64,000 bases of DNA from Camelus ferus (taxonomy: Eukaryota), in assembly GCF_009834535.1 (NCBI RefSeq), contig NC_045697.1:55430001-55494000 (forward strand), given 5' to 3'. Both the position numbers and the translations under genes were made by a program. The notes under the pieces are model-generated. The model was not told the DNA's origin and searched no databases. It was given only the letters and a program-made list of their open reading frames with translations. Of the stretch, positions 38,222-51,805 are shown one piece after another (within the stretch, counting starts at the first letter, position 1; the number at the start of each line of letters is the position of its first letter).

Positions 38222-38345
38222 ATGAGGGAGGGATTGAGGAGAGGGAGAGAAAGAAGTGAGAAAGACAGTGACAATGAGAGAGAGGAACAGAGACAGCAAC
38301 ACAGACACAGAGAGAAAAACAGAGACACAGAACTATGAGAAGGAA
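38222..38345. repeat. GA-rich low-complexity tract
   Basis: Degenerate (GA)n/(GACA)n. Confidence 0.75.
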
Positions 38346-40554
38346 ATGTTCTTGACTTAATTTCCCAAATGGTAATGGGTGATGAAACTATCTGAGAGAA
38401 AGAGGTTAAACTATGGTGAACATTTTCATAAATAGAAAAATCCACACTTAAAATCATATTTTACTATTTTATGCATTCACTACACTTAAAATCTCTCATA
38501 TATTCTGTAGGTTTAAAATAAAGCTATACTCACTGAAAAATGTATGTTCCTTTTTTTCTCATATTGTTTATATAATATTTAAATCAATAATATGGTATAA
38601 CTTCTTAATTTTAATATTGGGGTCCAGAGGATTCAATTGATTGATAAAACAAAAACTTACATTATAAATTCTAATAACTGAATTTTTGGCTGTTCAATAC
38701 CAATAGAATAATTTTATAATCATATCTGAATTTTTGGAATGACCAGCTAGTTCAAAAAGTATGTTTCTTTAGGTATTCTCTGTATCTTCTAAAACATGGA
38801 GAAATAGAGAACACAGCTTGTGGCAAAAAGCTTTCTTGCTGCATTATTTTTCTACAGATATCAGTGAGAATGTGTGCCCCCCCCACACACTCTCACAGAT
38901 AATAAGCCTATAAAACACCACCAAATCAAAATAAGCAAAATGAAGTGACATTTAGGCTGTGAAGTCTTAATTTAGGTATCAAAATGATTATAGTGTTTTA
39001 ATATCATAATAACTGATAAATAGACTACATGTCAGACATTTCATTCCTTTTAATCAAAACTCCTAGTCTGCTAAATTAATCACCCCCTTGGGGTAGAGTA
39101 GCAGATTTCCAATTTAGTCATAGAACATTAATAATGAAAAGTTCCGGGGATGCATTTCTTTATTTATGTTCTTTGTTTTTTTTTTAATTATCGAGGAGTT
39201 TAAAGAGATGGAGCAGGAAAGGGGCTGCTACCTTGACAGTTGCAGGCAATACAGATAAGAGCAGAGTGATTCAAATCATAGATGTTAAATATATATATAC
39301 AGCATACAGAGAATACAGTTCTTGTTTCTCCGCCTCTCATGTAAAATGTTTCATCTGGCCCATGCTTGCCTGGGATTGTACAGTGGAAAGAAAGGGCCCC
39401 CTAGTTTGAGAAATAGGGGGGTACTATTGACATGGAAGAGCCTAATCACTTGGATAGACAGCAGAGAAAATTTATAGTGTACTTGATATTAATTTGATGT
39501 ACTTTGGTATTACATTTTTCTAAAGTCCCTTCTCCTCTTTCACATAAATTGTATTAACTCAGTGTTACCAATCCTCTATTTTGTACGTGACTTAAATTGT
39601 ATCTGAATTACATAAATTATTTTTATTACTGCTTTTTTTTTTTGGTGGTGGTTGTTGTAACCCACCATAATTCTAGACTATTTTTTCCCGCAAATACTGA
39701 CTTCTTAAATTAATACAAGGTTTCATTAAATACTTTTACCTGCTTGGCTCAAATTACTCAACAGATTGGAGTATCTCTTCCTCTTAGAATTCTATGCTTG
39801 ATTTCTATTTTGAATCTATTATATCCAAAGTCAGGTGATTGAGAGCCTTTAGAGATAGTTCATGGATCCACTGATCCAGAACCAAGTATGTATATAACCC
39901 AATCTAGTTTCCTGTACCTTGTGTACTATGATAATTTTTATATAGTGTTTTTAGAAATGCAATGAAATATTATATATACACATTCTTCTAATCTAATGGT
40001 ATAGCTCTGTTATACGTATTCATATTGAACCCATGCCAGCCTAAAAGGTCAGCTGTTTCTTTTCCTAAATGAATTTAATGTCATCAATTAGCCTTGGCAA
40101 AAAAAAAAAAAATCCATTTATCAGCATATCGTCTATGGATTTATATTTTCTAAAACTCATCTTTGCACCTTGTTTGAGTAGTTTGTATATTTTCGTCTAA
40201 AGACAACTTCCATCTTCTGACCTGGCCTCCTGGTAGCTTTCTCTACATATGCATATAATTATTTTAAGCCTGGAGACAAAATCATTTATCAGAGTAAGAA
40301 CTGTCTGCTTCTTCCAAAGAATAACAACAAATTATAGCCCTAATAAACTGGTTTTGTTATTGGATCACAGACATTAAGTCTAAAAGTAACTGAGAATTCG
40401 TAGAGTTCTGAAAACTTTGCATAGGCTTATTTAATAAACCAGCACAAAGATACTGTCAACCCAGACATTCTTCAATTTGACAATTCTGCAACATAAAAGA
40501 GAATCAAGGAGGGCGTTTTGTGTGGACTCACCAGGTATAAGAAAGAAATGTAAT

Positions 40555-40765
40555 GTGTTTGTAGTATGACAGTTAAGAGTACAGACTGTGATGCTGTGGA
40601 AATCATATACTGGGCCTTAAGTTCAGCGTGTGTTTGTTGTGTGACCTTGAGAAATTCATCACTTCTCTAATCCTTGATTTCTCCCATCTGTAAGAAGACA
40701 CTAGTAATGTCTATATTAGAAGTGGCTTAAGTATTAAATTAGATAAACATTGCTTAAAAGCATAA
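40555..40765 (+). mobile_element. MIR SINE
   Basis: GTTAAGAGTACAGACT...TGTGTGACCTTGAGAAAT...TTTCTCCCATCTGTAAG...ATTAAATTAGATAA. Confidence 0.75.
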
Positions 40766-41339
40766 TCTAACATCTTTCTCCTCCCTCTCCTCAATCTAAG
40801 TTTGCATTGGTACAACAGTGTTGCAGTCAACAAATATCTGTGTTCTTGTATCTTCCTGCTGAGATGTCAGAAACTCCCTATAACTGTGAATGGGTCGAAT
40901 TCCTGTGGCAGGTAAATCACAACGTGGCTAAAGCAATTAGTAAAAAACATCATTGTTATTTAGTCTCTTGTATCAATTGACTTGAACTTCAGGCACTTAA
41001 AAAAATTAAAATCAAAATGATATATTCATTGAGTACACAAAAGACAAAACAAACTTATTAATAAAAGAAGATCTATCAGTTTTCTCATACCTCATCTCCC
41101 ATATCTTTTCCTGGTACCAGCAAAGGGTATTCTTAACGTTCTCAGCACTCTCCCACTCAGGATGTATGTGGCTTGAGGGTAGGAGCCCTCTCTATTTGAC
41201 TCTGTCTTTCTGTGATTTCACTGCTCTGGGCCTCTGCCACCTTTACTGTTAAAAGCAGACATCAGGTAGACTGTGTTCTGCTTCTGGCAGGAGAATATCT
41301 GGCTCATGATGGCTTAGTTATAGCACTTGAGAATCTGGA

Positions 41340-41560
41340 GGTGGTTATACAGTAGTTCAAAAAAGTCAGGGTGCTAAGTTGGCTTGTCTTTCCCTTCAGG
41401 GACCCAAGATAGCTGCAGCAGCTTTCATCCTCACAACTGGAGTCCTAAGCAGTAAAGAAGGATGTCAAGGGTTTAAAGAGTTTTCTTTTTCCATGTTTTC
41501 ATCAGGGAGAAAAATCTTGCCAAGAAACTCCAAGCACGTTTGTCACAGGGACAGTTTGGA
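41340..41560 (-). mobile_element. Possible old MLT1(J/K)-like LTR fragment
   Basis: CAAGATAGCTGCAGCAGCTTTCATCCTCACA resembles MLT1J/K; recall only. Confidence 0.35.
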
Positions 41561-42159
41561 CTTCAGGGTTATCTTTCCAAACGGAGGGTGTGCCAACCCC
41601 CACAGTCTCACACCTGGATTAAATGTCAGCCCTTTCACTGTGATTCTCCGGCCTGTTCCCTTCTGTCAGAACAAGAGCTGTTACACTCTGGCTCATTTCC
41701 ACCATGGCTGTTTCAACAGAAACACTGGTTACATAATCACTGGTTTATTTAGTTGTAAGGCCCATTGAAGGCAGCAGAGGATTTCATAGTTATTAGCTCC
41801 ACTGCTTTATCTTACATAAAATAACAAGGATTTATAATGGTTATGAATTTAGAAGTTTTCATAGCTAAGTAGTGCTGAAAAAATTTTAAGTTAAAAAATG
41901 TATGTATATTCTATAACAAACTATAATAAATACCAAAACTAGAATATTTAGCATGCTTTTTTCTTCTAAGGAACATAACAATAATTTTGTAAACATTCAC
42001 AACATTCTAATTCTTAATTATCTACATCTCCCATTTCTTAAAAACCTAGATAGATACCCGTGAATATGTAGTCATAAGTATTAGACTTTCCACAGTTAGA
42101 ATCACCGGTAGAGTGAGTTTTCCCTAGCTCCCCTGTGATAGACTGTTATGGATGTTTTT

Positions 42160-42560
42160 TGCTAATGTATTAGGAAGAGAAGAAAAATATGACAGCATTG
42201 CTTTTTGTATTTAGATAATATCATTATATACCCATAAAATCTACAAATATATATGTTAAATGATAAACTATTAGAACTAAGAAGATTTTGGTTGCATAGA
42301 TATACAAGAAAATACATAAATATCCAAACAGGTTTTCATAAAGACAAAATCCATTTACAAAGGCATCAACAACTAAAAACTACTAGCAAATAATTTTGTA
42401 AGATAAAAACAAAAATCTCTTTCTGGAAAACTATAACCTTTACTGAGTGACAAAGAAATACATTTTTTTTAAAGGCAGTAAGTAGACTGTTACTACATTG
42501 GAAGATTAAGTATTACAAATATGTTATTTCTTCTTAAAAGAATAACAAACTTGAATAAAG
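42160..42560 (+). mobile_element. Old L1 ORF2 fragment
   Basis: AAACTATTAGAACTAA, TCCATTTACAAAGGCATCAA, ATTGGAAGATTAAGTATT. Confidence 0.65.
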
Positions 42561-42569
42561 TTTTCATAA

Positions 42570-43950
42570 CTTTTTATTTAATTTTAAACTTCAGAGAAGT
42601 TGCAAGAATACTACAGAGAACTTTTATAAGCTCCTTTTAACAGATTCAACCATTTAAAATAATTTACCACATTTGATTTATTCTGTTAATTTTAATGAAC
42701 CATTAACCATTTGAGAGTAAATTACAGACATCATGCCTTTTATCTTAAATACTTCAATGTGTATTTCCTAAGGATAGCAACATTCTTTGATATAACCAAA
42801 AGATAACAAAATCTTAAAATCAGAAAATACAGCATTGCATTTCCTTTAATCCACAACACTTCCTTTGTCCTTTTTTTTTTTTTTTTCGGTCTTTCATGGT
42901 TTTGATTTTCAGAGTATAGGGCAGTTACTTGGTAGAATTTCTGTTGATATTTCCTCATATTCAGTTTGTCCATTTCACTCACAGATTCTATGCAAGTGAC
43001 GCTGTGAACTTATTACCAATGCATAATAGAAGGAGATACGTAATGTAAATTTCTCCTGTTATTGGTGATATTGTTGATCACTGGTTTAAGATGGTGCCTT
43101 CAGTTTTCTCCATGGTAAAGTTACTACTTTCCCCTTCACAATCAGTGAGTAATTGATGGGGAAATATTTTGAGCCTATGTAAACATCCTGTTCCTCATCA
43201 AACTTTCACTTAACTATTTTTATTACCCATTCATGATTCCTGATTGAGTCAATTATAACTCTGATGGTTGCCAAATGGTAATTAATTAATTGCATCCCAT
43301 TTTTATTTATTGGAAGTCTACAGTAAAGCAATACCTTTTCCTTTTCCTACATCAATAAACTAATTTTATATTTATATTATTGTGTACTAATAGATTCATG
43401 TTTTCTTCTGTGGGTTATAATGCAGTACTATGATTATTTATTCTGATGTTTAAATCAGTTTGGTCACTAAGAGCCTCTTCAGCATGTTCCCATAAGTCTT
43501 TCAGCATTTCTTTTTTATTGTCCAGCCCTGGAATCATTTCTCTTCAGAGTCTTTGTTCCTTTTAATTCAGAGTGACATTTAATATGGACACCAGGCACAA
43601 GGGGTGTTCATTGCAACTGAGATAGCATTGTTTTTTATGTCCTTTTAGAGGAGAAAAAGAAACCAAAAACTAGGGAATAAGTGTGTGTGTTTATATGTAT
43701 CTATTTCTATATCTATTTTTGAGTCTATATTGATACATCCAACTCTAATCCAGTACTCTAAGGTTTATTTTAGACCTCCTTTTTATTTGTAACACTTTTC
43801 TCCAAAAATGAGAGTTGGCCCTTACTATATTTTCTTCAATACAGTTATTTATTACATTATTCCTAGGATTCACAGAGTGTGGTCTCAGGATCCCTAATTC
43901 AAACCATTGTAGAGAATAGGATGCTAAACCTAGTAGTAACTTGAGTTTCA
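42570..43950 (-). mobile_element. L1MC4/5-like 3' region
   Basis: AAACTTCAGAGAAGTTGCAAGAATA, CCATTTGAGAGTAAATTACAGACATCATG, AAATACTTCAATGTGTATTTCCTAAG, GTAAACATCCTGTTCCTCATCAAACTTTCAC, CCAGCCCTGGAATCA. Confidence 0.8.
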
Positions 43951-44149
43951 CAACTGTAAGCTCTTTTGTCATCAGAATGAGAGTATATTATAAAAATCCC
44001 ATATTTAAGGGTTATCCGGATTAGCCCTTTTTTTCCTCCTCCTCTCGCCGTGCACCCACTCCTCCTCTTACTCCTCCTATTTCAGTGTGGTTGTTACACA
44101 TTTGAAGGAGCTTTACGCTTATGTCTTCCATTTTTGGTTTTCTAATCTT

Positions 44150-44852
44150 AACTTCTGTTACCATTCCAGTGCAAGGTATCCTTTCCATCTCCCCTGGATT
44201 AATGCAGTGATTCTTGACTGATCTCCATCCTTCCATAAAGCAGCCAAAATGCTTTCAATAGTGCTTTCAAATAGCCCTGACTGTGTCATTCGTTGGCTCT
44301 CAACCCACCCCACCCCTTACCAATGGTGTCCTACTTCATTCAGAATAAGTAAGGCAAAGAGTTTACAATAGCCTACAAGTCTTTATGTGAGATGCTTTCT
44401 CTTTCAATGTCTCTCTAATTTTATTTGAATACCCTTATTGATCTATTGCTTTTTCTCAAATATTCTAGGCATCCTCCTGCCTGTTCTTCTTGTTTTCCTT
44501 GTGCTTGAAATGCCCCTTTCCCTAATTCTGGAATGGCTTGGTTCCTTGATTCCTTAACTTCTTTCAGAACTGTTCTCAAGGACTTCTTAGTGTGACTCTC
44601 CTTGACCAATTTACATATAATAAAAACCTTCACTATACTATTTTGATTCCCCTCTCTACTTTATTCTTCTCTACAGCAGTTACTGCAAATGTGTTATATA
44701 CTTTCCTCATTTATTCCCCTTATTTTCTGAATTAAAATGTAAATTCCAGTAAAGCAAAGTGCTGGTCTTTTGCTTTCTTTGTATCCCCAGTGTTCAGTAC
44801 TGTGAATGATGCAATATATTTTAATAGATACTTGTTGAATGAGTGAATGAAT
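44150..44852 (+). mobile_element. L2a 3' end
   Basis: CCATCTCCCCTGGATTAATGCAGTGA...TTTACAATAGCCTACAAG...TGTATCCCCAGTG...TTGTTGAATGAGTGAATGAAT tail. Confidence 0.85.
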
Positions 44853-45814
44853 CTTCTTTTCATAGACTCTTCTAGAACTTTCAAAGGGAGATAAGGTAAA
44901 AATTACTTAAAATACTTAATGGAATCATATTTTTCCTTGATAGGTTGTTTTCTCTGTGTGTGTGCATGCACATTGGGTTAAGGACACTGGAGCTTATGTG
45001 TGTAAGTGGTAGTATCTATATGATTAAAAAAAATCTTGCTTACAACAGAAGGCTATATAATTCATTTTCCCAGCTCCTCCAACAAATCTTATTTCTCACT
45101 TTCTCTGATAAACTGCAAGCTTTGGCTCTGCCATGGACTTTCCATTCTCTGGAGTTGCAAGATATTTTGGAGAAAATAGCAAGCAAGCAGTGATTGCAAA
45201 GGAGGGTTTGTATTCTCTTTGCAAGGAGTGGGCAGGGATTTTTCATTTCATACATCATTACAGCTTTCTCCAATGATTGGGCACCAATTTCATCTCACTC
45301 CATCATAACAAGCTACCTGCTCGCAAATTCAGCATCCAGGCCAAGCTGAAACAATCACGACACACTATCTGTAAAACCTTGTAATTTCAATTGTTCATGC
45401 TAAAATGTTATGTTATGCATCTCAGTGCAATATCATCATACTAGCACGTTGCAATAGGCTAATGAACTGTAACAAAACTCAGTTTCAAAAATGTCAAACA
45501 TAATGAGAAAAGGAAAAAAATAACAGAAATACACAGGTCCTCAATTGGATTTAACTATTCTTTGTGTTTAGACTTTATATGTTTCACCCACTTTATTACT
45601 TGTTTATTTTAAATGGCCTTAGTATTTTAGCATTATTTGGCTAGCCTATCTGAATCAACACATTGAACCAGCATCAAAAGTTACTGACTCAACTGAATAT
45701 TCACTCTTGTTTGCCACTCTCAATGTTCCCTTTATTATAGATCTGTATATTTAGGAGGAATCCAAGATAGCTTGTCTTCACTTATTTATTTTTTTGGTTT
45801 GTATTTCTGATTTT

Positions 45815-46575
45815 ATTTTTGAGCACCTATTGTGTACAAGGTTCCAGGGACATCATGGTGAACACAGCAGAAATGATGTCCATTCTCACAGAGCATACAA
45901 CCTACTGGAGGAGACAAATTTAAAAAAAATAACCCCTCAAATATATATTTACAGGCTGAGTTAAAGACTATGAAAGAAAAGTTTAGAGATCTGTTTAATA
46001 TTATAAACCTAAGTTCTAGAGGTTTGAAGAAAAGGCATCCCTAAGAAAGTAATTCTTCCAGCAGCAAAGAATGGATGAAGGGAGGAGTAGACTTGAGCGT
46101 ATATTCTAGAAGTAGGCTTGTTACGTGTAAAATTCTAGGGAAAAGCAAAAAAATTTGTTCCATCAACTGGAAGAGAGCAGTATGACCCTGATACCAGGGA
46201 AGATTGGCAAATGGCAAAGCAAGAGGCTAAAGATGTTGGCCCAACCATATTCTGTTGGATTTGGGACTCCCATTTTAAATTTTTGAGGAGTCTGTTGAGA
46301 AAGTTTTAAAATAAAAGAGTTTATCAGACACTCACTTCAGCACATTCCTTCCAGCTAAAGTGAAGAGGATGGGTTTGAAAAGGCCACAGGTGGAGCCTGA
46401 GAAGAGTAGGAGATGGAGCAGTAGAGATAAGGGAGTCTTGATGCTAGAAGAATTAGAGTGATATATGCAGATTAAAGAGATATTTAGGAGAAAAAATAAA
46501 TGAGATGTAATCATTGATTGTGTATAAAAAGGGAACAGAATGGATGTATCAAAGATGACAGCTTGATTAATTAAA
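45815..46575 (-). mobile_element. L2 fragment
   Basis: TTGAGCACCTATTGTGTACAAGG...CTCACAGAGCATACAACCTACTGGAGGAGACA. Confidence 0.75.
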
Positions 46576-46579
46576 TAGC

Positions 46580-46985
46580 TATTCAATAAAGATTTGTTGA
46601 GTGCCTATTAAATCTAAATGGCTACATTCAATTCAAGGGCTAGAGCAATAGCAGTGAAAACAAAACAAAACAAATTCCTGCCTTCATGGAATTTATATCC
46701 TAGTTGGAGGAGACAGACAATCAACTAAGTAAACTAGTAAGTAAAATAGATAGTTGTTCATATGGTGAAGAAATGCAGAAAAATAAAGTCAAGAAAAGGT
46801 ATGGGGAGGGTGGAGTTAAAGGAGTGGAAAATAATTTCAAATATGAGAAACCCACTCTGAGAAGGTGACATTTGAGCCAAGAGTGGAAGGAAGACAGAAA
46901 TCCAAAGAGAATACCAAGAGAATGACATTTTTGGAAATATCCAAAGGGGATAAAAAAGGCAGGCTTGAGGATAGTTGGCACAAGA
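46580..46985 (-). mobile_element. L2 3' end
   Basis: ATTCAATAAAGATTTGTTGAGTGCCTA...CCTGCCTTCATGGAATTTATATCCTAGTTGG...GAGAAGGTGACATTTGAGC. Confidence 0.8.
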
Positions 46986-47015
46986 GTATTTATGTCAGAT
47001 TCCTTTGGTAGAATT

Positions 47016-47550
47016 TTTTAAAACTGAAGTATAGTCAGTTTACAATGTTGTATCAATTTCTGGTGTACAGCATAATGTTTCAGTCATAAATATACATAAA
47101 CATATTCCTTTCCATATTCTTTTTCATTATAGGTTACTACAAGATATTACTATAGTTCCTTGTGCTATACAGTAGGACCTTGTTGTTTATCTATTTCATA
47201 TATAGTAGTTAATATCTGCAAATCTTGAACTTCCAGTTTATCACCCCTCCCTTCCCCCCTGGTAACCATAAGTTTGTCTTCTATGTCTGTGAGTCTGTGT
47301 CTTGTAAATAAGTTCATTTCTGTCTTTTTTTGTTAGATTCTAGATATGAGTGAGATCATACGGTATTTTTCTTTCTTTTTCTGGCTTACTTCACTTAGAA
47401 TGACCATCTCCAGGTCCATCCATGTTCACAGCAGCACTATTTACAGTAGCCAAGACACGGAAACAACCTAAGTGTCCACTGACAGATGTCTGGATAAAGA
47501 AGCTATGGTATGTTTATATAATGGAATACTTCTCAGACATAAAATAAATG
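47016..47550 (-). mobile_element. Younger L1 3' end with 5' inversion
   Basis: Antisense 3' UTR 47016-47426, then sense segment (CACAGCAGCACTATTTACAGTAGCCAAGAC...) to 47550; 14-bp TSD CCTTTG[G/A]TAGAATT at 47002-47015 and 47551-47564. Confidence 0.92.
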
Positions 47551-49374
47551 CCTTTGATAGAATTATTAAAGATCTTTTTAAAGTCTTTCTCAAATAACAT
47601 CCACAATTTTTCAGTCTTCCCACATATCAGCTTTAACCTGTGCTCCCTACTCCCCTTCTTTTCTTCCTTTTTCCTCAAACATTTATCATCTTCTGATCAA
47701 CTACATAATCTGTTACCCTCAATTAGAAGATAAGTTCCATAGCAGTATTTTTGTCTGTTTTTCCTAGAACATTGCCCAGAATCAAGCATATATTCTTTCC
47801 ATATTTGTCATGAATAACTGAATGTCTTCAGAAGTATCTCTTTTATATGCATATTCTAGATATGTTCAATTTTCTTATTACATTTCAGCATCAAAGAGCT
47901 CAGAATGCTAAATCAATTTTCTATCCCTAGTTTCTTCCTTTTCACAACTAAAGATTGCAGAAATCTTATTCCTGGATTGGCTACTGAATAATCTTTTGTT
48001 TTAGTCAATGAATATATGCATAGATTGTATATCTATACACTTCTGTACCTTTTCTCTTAATTTTAGCTATACAAGTTTTAGGTAAATTTTATATCTCATA
48101 TGCTATACAGAAACTATGAGTAGATAACATTATAATAATTATTTCACTTCACCTCTCAATATAGTAAAAAGCAAACAAGAAAGCAGATGTTGCTTTTGAA
48201 CTGAATTGTGCTAGGTGAATAAATTAACTAAAAAATGCCAAAGGATTGAAATATGTTGAAAGATACTTAGTCCACCTTGCTAAAGGGCAAGATAATGAAT
48301 GACTCTGCCTTTTACTTCTATATTTTTATAGCACTTCCTGTAAAACAAATAATGAATGCATTACTGATGCAGCTACTGCCAAAATGGTCTTAGAGTGGTA
48401 CCATTCTGCCAATTTTTCTTCCTAACTAATGAAATCTTATTTTCTACAAGAACTCACTTGTAAAATATATTAGGTGTTTTAAGATATTTCTTACTGAATT
48501 TAAAGTTTCTCTTTTGGGCTGAAATATATGCCCTGGATACACTGTATTTAGACATAAAAATATCGTAAGACTAAGATTAACAATACAATAAAAAATAGGT
48601 ATCATATATCAGAATAGTGCAACAGTAGTACCGAGCTACCTTTCTCTAAATTTGATTTTATTATAGAGCCCATTTGCCCCAAACTGTCTCATCATGCTTT
48701 ATCACAAGTGAAATTAACATAAATTAATACTAAAATATATGTCTTTGGTGTTCTTAGGTGGCCTATGACATCAGTAGGCTTCGTTAAGACAGAATGTTTA
48801 TAACAAATCAACGTATCTGGTGAAGGTCAGGAAATGTATTGTGCGTTACAAATAAAAATGTGTTGATGTTATATGATGAGGGCAGATTTTTGCTCTTAAC
48901 ATGGAAACTTTCTTGTATCCATGTCTGCCCTTGCATACCTACCATCTACCTTGTTGACTAAGTCAATTATTTTAATATTTCTCAGAAACATACAATTTTT
49001 TCAAAACTTTAAAAATTCCAGAACCTGCCAGTTTCTCTGAAAGGTACACTTTAATTAGCTTCAAGCATAAACAATGAAAAATTCAATATGCTAAGTATAT
49101 GATTTAGAAAAAGATTTATTAAATAACACCACACAGATATAAAGCCAAACTTTAACACTTACTGTAGATATTTAATATAGTACCATTTTAGTTCAAAGAG
49201 AAATTACAATAGATATTATGATTCTTGACATTTAAAGTGTCTGGTCCACTCTTCTGGTCACACTTCATGAAGGACTTTCTACAAATGTATCAGTATAGTT
49301 TTTATTATAGGAAATAAATGAACTGGGTCAATATTACAAAAAGGGAGAAAATTAAAAACTAGCCATTACTGTAA

Positions 49375-50095
49375 ACTTTTTTATTCAAGTATAGCTGACT
49401 TACAGTATTATAATACAATATTATATTAGTTTCAGGTGTACAATATACTGATTCAGTATTTTTATAGAGTATATTTTATATAAAGCCATTATAAATTATT
49501 GACTATATATCCTGTGCTGTAGATTACATCCTTGTGACTTATTTATTTTGTACATTGTAGTCTGTACCTCTTTATTCCCTTCACCTATTTTGCCCCCCCT
49601 CTGGTAACTACTAGCTTGTCCTCTGTACCTCTGTATCTGTTTCTTTTTTGTTCTATTCATTCATTTGCTTTATTCTTTAGATTCCACATACAAGTGAAAA
49701 CACAGTATATTCTCTTTTTCTGACTTACTTCACTACACCTTATTCCCTTTAGGTCCACCCATGTTGTCACAAATGGCAAAATTTCATTCTTTTTTATGGC
49801 TGAGTAACATTCCATTGTGGTATGTTTACATAGACACACACATATACACATATTACATTTTCTTTATCCATTTATTTGTTGATGGACACATAGATAGCTT
49901 CCATATCTTGGAAATTGTAAATAATCTGCTATGAACACTAGGGTGTTTGTATCTTTTCAAATTAGTGATTTCATTTTCTTTGGATAAATACCCAGGAGTG
50001 GAAATGCAGGATCATATGGTAGTTCTTGAGGATCCTCCATACTATTTTCCATAATGGCTGTAGTAATTTACATTCCCACCAACTGTGTATCAGCG
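49375..50095 (-). mobile_element. L1 3' end, related to the 12657 element
   Basis: ATTAGTTTCAGGTGTACA...TTTAGATTCCACATACAAG...CAAATGGCAAAATTTCATTCTTTTTTATGGCTGAGTA...TTTACATTCCCACCAAC. Confidence 0.88.
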
Positions 50096-50236
50096 TTTTA
50101 CTGTGAATTTTTTTGATTTGCATATTCCTGCCCTTTAACTCTGTGATTTTTTTCCCAATAATTATTAATTTTCTACCCACTTCACTTTTCTTTTTTCTGA
50201 TATTAAACATACCTTTAGATATTTATGCTGGTTAAA

Positions 50237-50367
50237 TTTGGTCTCTTATTTTGACATTTTACTCAATCATCTACAAATTTTCCTATTTTATCTACAAATA
50301 TTCCTATATCCTATTTTGGTCTCTTATTTTGACATTTTATTCAGTCATCTACAAATTATCCTATTTT
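50237..50367. repeat. Interrupted direct duplication, 2 x 53 bp
   Basis: TTTGGTCTCTTATTTTGACATTTTA...CATCTACAAATT.TCCTATTTT at 50237-50289 and 50315-50367. Confidence 0.92.
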
Positions 50368-51419
50368 CGTTTAAAATCTTCTTTATTTTTTCATGCATTT
50401 ATAATTTTAGAAGTGTTTTTCTAGTTCTCTCAATTCAGTTTTCCTATAAAATCCTAAGCTGATTTATTGAATAATATTTCTTATACTCTCCAAAGTTGTT
50501 AGCTTATTTTGAAAAGCCCTTGTGTTCCTTGAATTATCTCTTTCCTCTAGTGTGATTTGTCTATTTTTAGTGTGATGCTTCCCTCTTGGTGCAGTTTTTT
50601 CCCTAAGTATAAGTTGATCACTGGGTTTTTATTTTTTATTAATATTTGAACAGTTTAGTTTCTCTAAGGATTTCTTTTTCTGTGTGTTTTCTTGAACTAA
50701 TTATGAGCTTTAAATATATAAGCATGTCTACTGACACTTTTCATTTTAGAATTAGTGGTCAAAATGTTGGCAGACAAACCAAACTACTTACTATATATGA
50801 GAGAAATCGGAGGGTTTCTAATTTGGTGTGCTAACCCTGACATCCAAATGTTAGTAACTCACTGGCACATTACACATATTTCATATGGAGCCAATAGATT
50901 CATTCTAGATATGATTGTAAATATCTCCACTGACAAGTGTTCTCTATATGAGGAGTATGCGTATGACTGAGTATCCACTGATGTTCCTTAAATTAAAAAC
51001 CAAGAGCACTTCCTTATATTCCACTCTTGCTTTTTATAGACTGGCCTGAGTTTGGAATCCCTACCAGATACTTATTTGGTAGAAAACACCACATTTTATT
51101 ATAGCCTTGGCTTGTATCAGTTTTGCCTGTTGTTCTCTACTTCATCAATCATTGCACTCCATATGCTCTCTGTATCCCAACATTTCATCAAAAATTCTAA
51201 TGGGCACACTCTTGCTTTATTAGGGTTTTACTCTATGTAGCATGTATTTGTTTTTCACTCATATGGGATTGGGAAGGCAATGGAGATAGATCAGTATGTG
51301 TACTCAATCCACAGTCTTGTTCCAGTCTTATACTTTCCACTTCTTAAACTTTTTACTCTTTATTTCTGTCTTTTTGCAGTGTAAGTGCGTGCTTGGCTTC
51401 CCATAGCTGGCTCGTTCCC

Positions 51420-51454
51420 ATTTTATGAGATCAGTTTTACTGATCTCATAAAAT
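51420..51454. repeat. Perfect inverted repeat, 16-bp arms, 3-nt loop
   Basis: ATTTTATGAGATCAGT-TTT-ACTGATCTCATAAAAT. Confidence 0.95.
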
Positions 51455-51479
51455 AATTAAATCCTATTTCTTCCTCATG

Positions 51480-51735
51480 GACAGTATGGTTCAGTGTAAG
51501 TTTGTGGGCGATGAAGGAGAACTAGCTAAATACCTATCATAGTTCTACCACTTCTAACGGTTACTTTAAGCAATTTAGTTAATCTACTTGTGCCTCAGTT
51601 ACCTGAATCATAAAATGGACATAAAATTGTACCTGCTCATTTGAAGGTACATCATTGAGAAGTCTGAATGAGTTAATATATATAAAGCACTTAGAGTGGT
51701 TCCCAGTAGGAATGTTAAACTACCATTACTAATAT
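51480..51735 (+). mobile_element. MIR SINE
   Basis: TTCTACCACTT...TGTGCCTCAGTTACC...TAAAATGG...AATGAGTTAATATATATAAAGCACTTAGA. Confidence 0.75.
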
Positions 51736-51805
51736 TTATCTTTCAAATAAGAGTTCCCCTTTCCCCATCTAAATCCTAACTTTGTTCTCACTTCATAAGT
51801 CTTAA

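Noticed and set aside
41379..41768. 129-aa ORF
   Set aside because: Starts at TTG, overlaps a probable MLT1 remnant, and resembles no protein I recognise.
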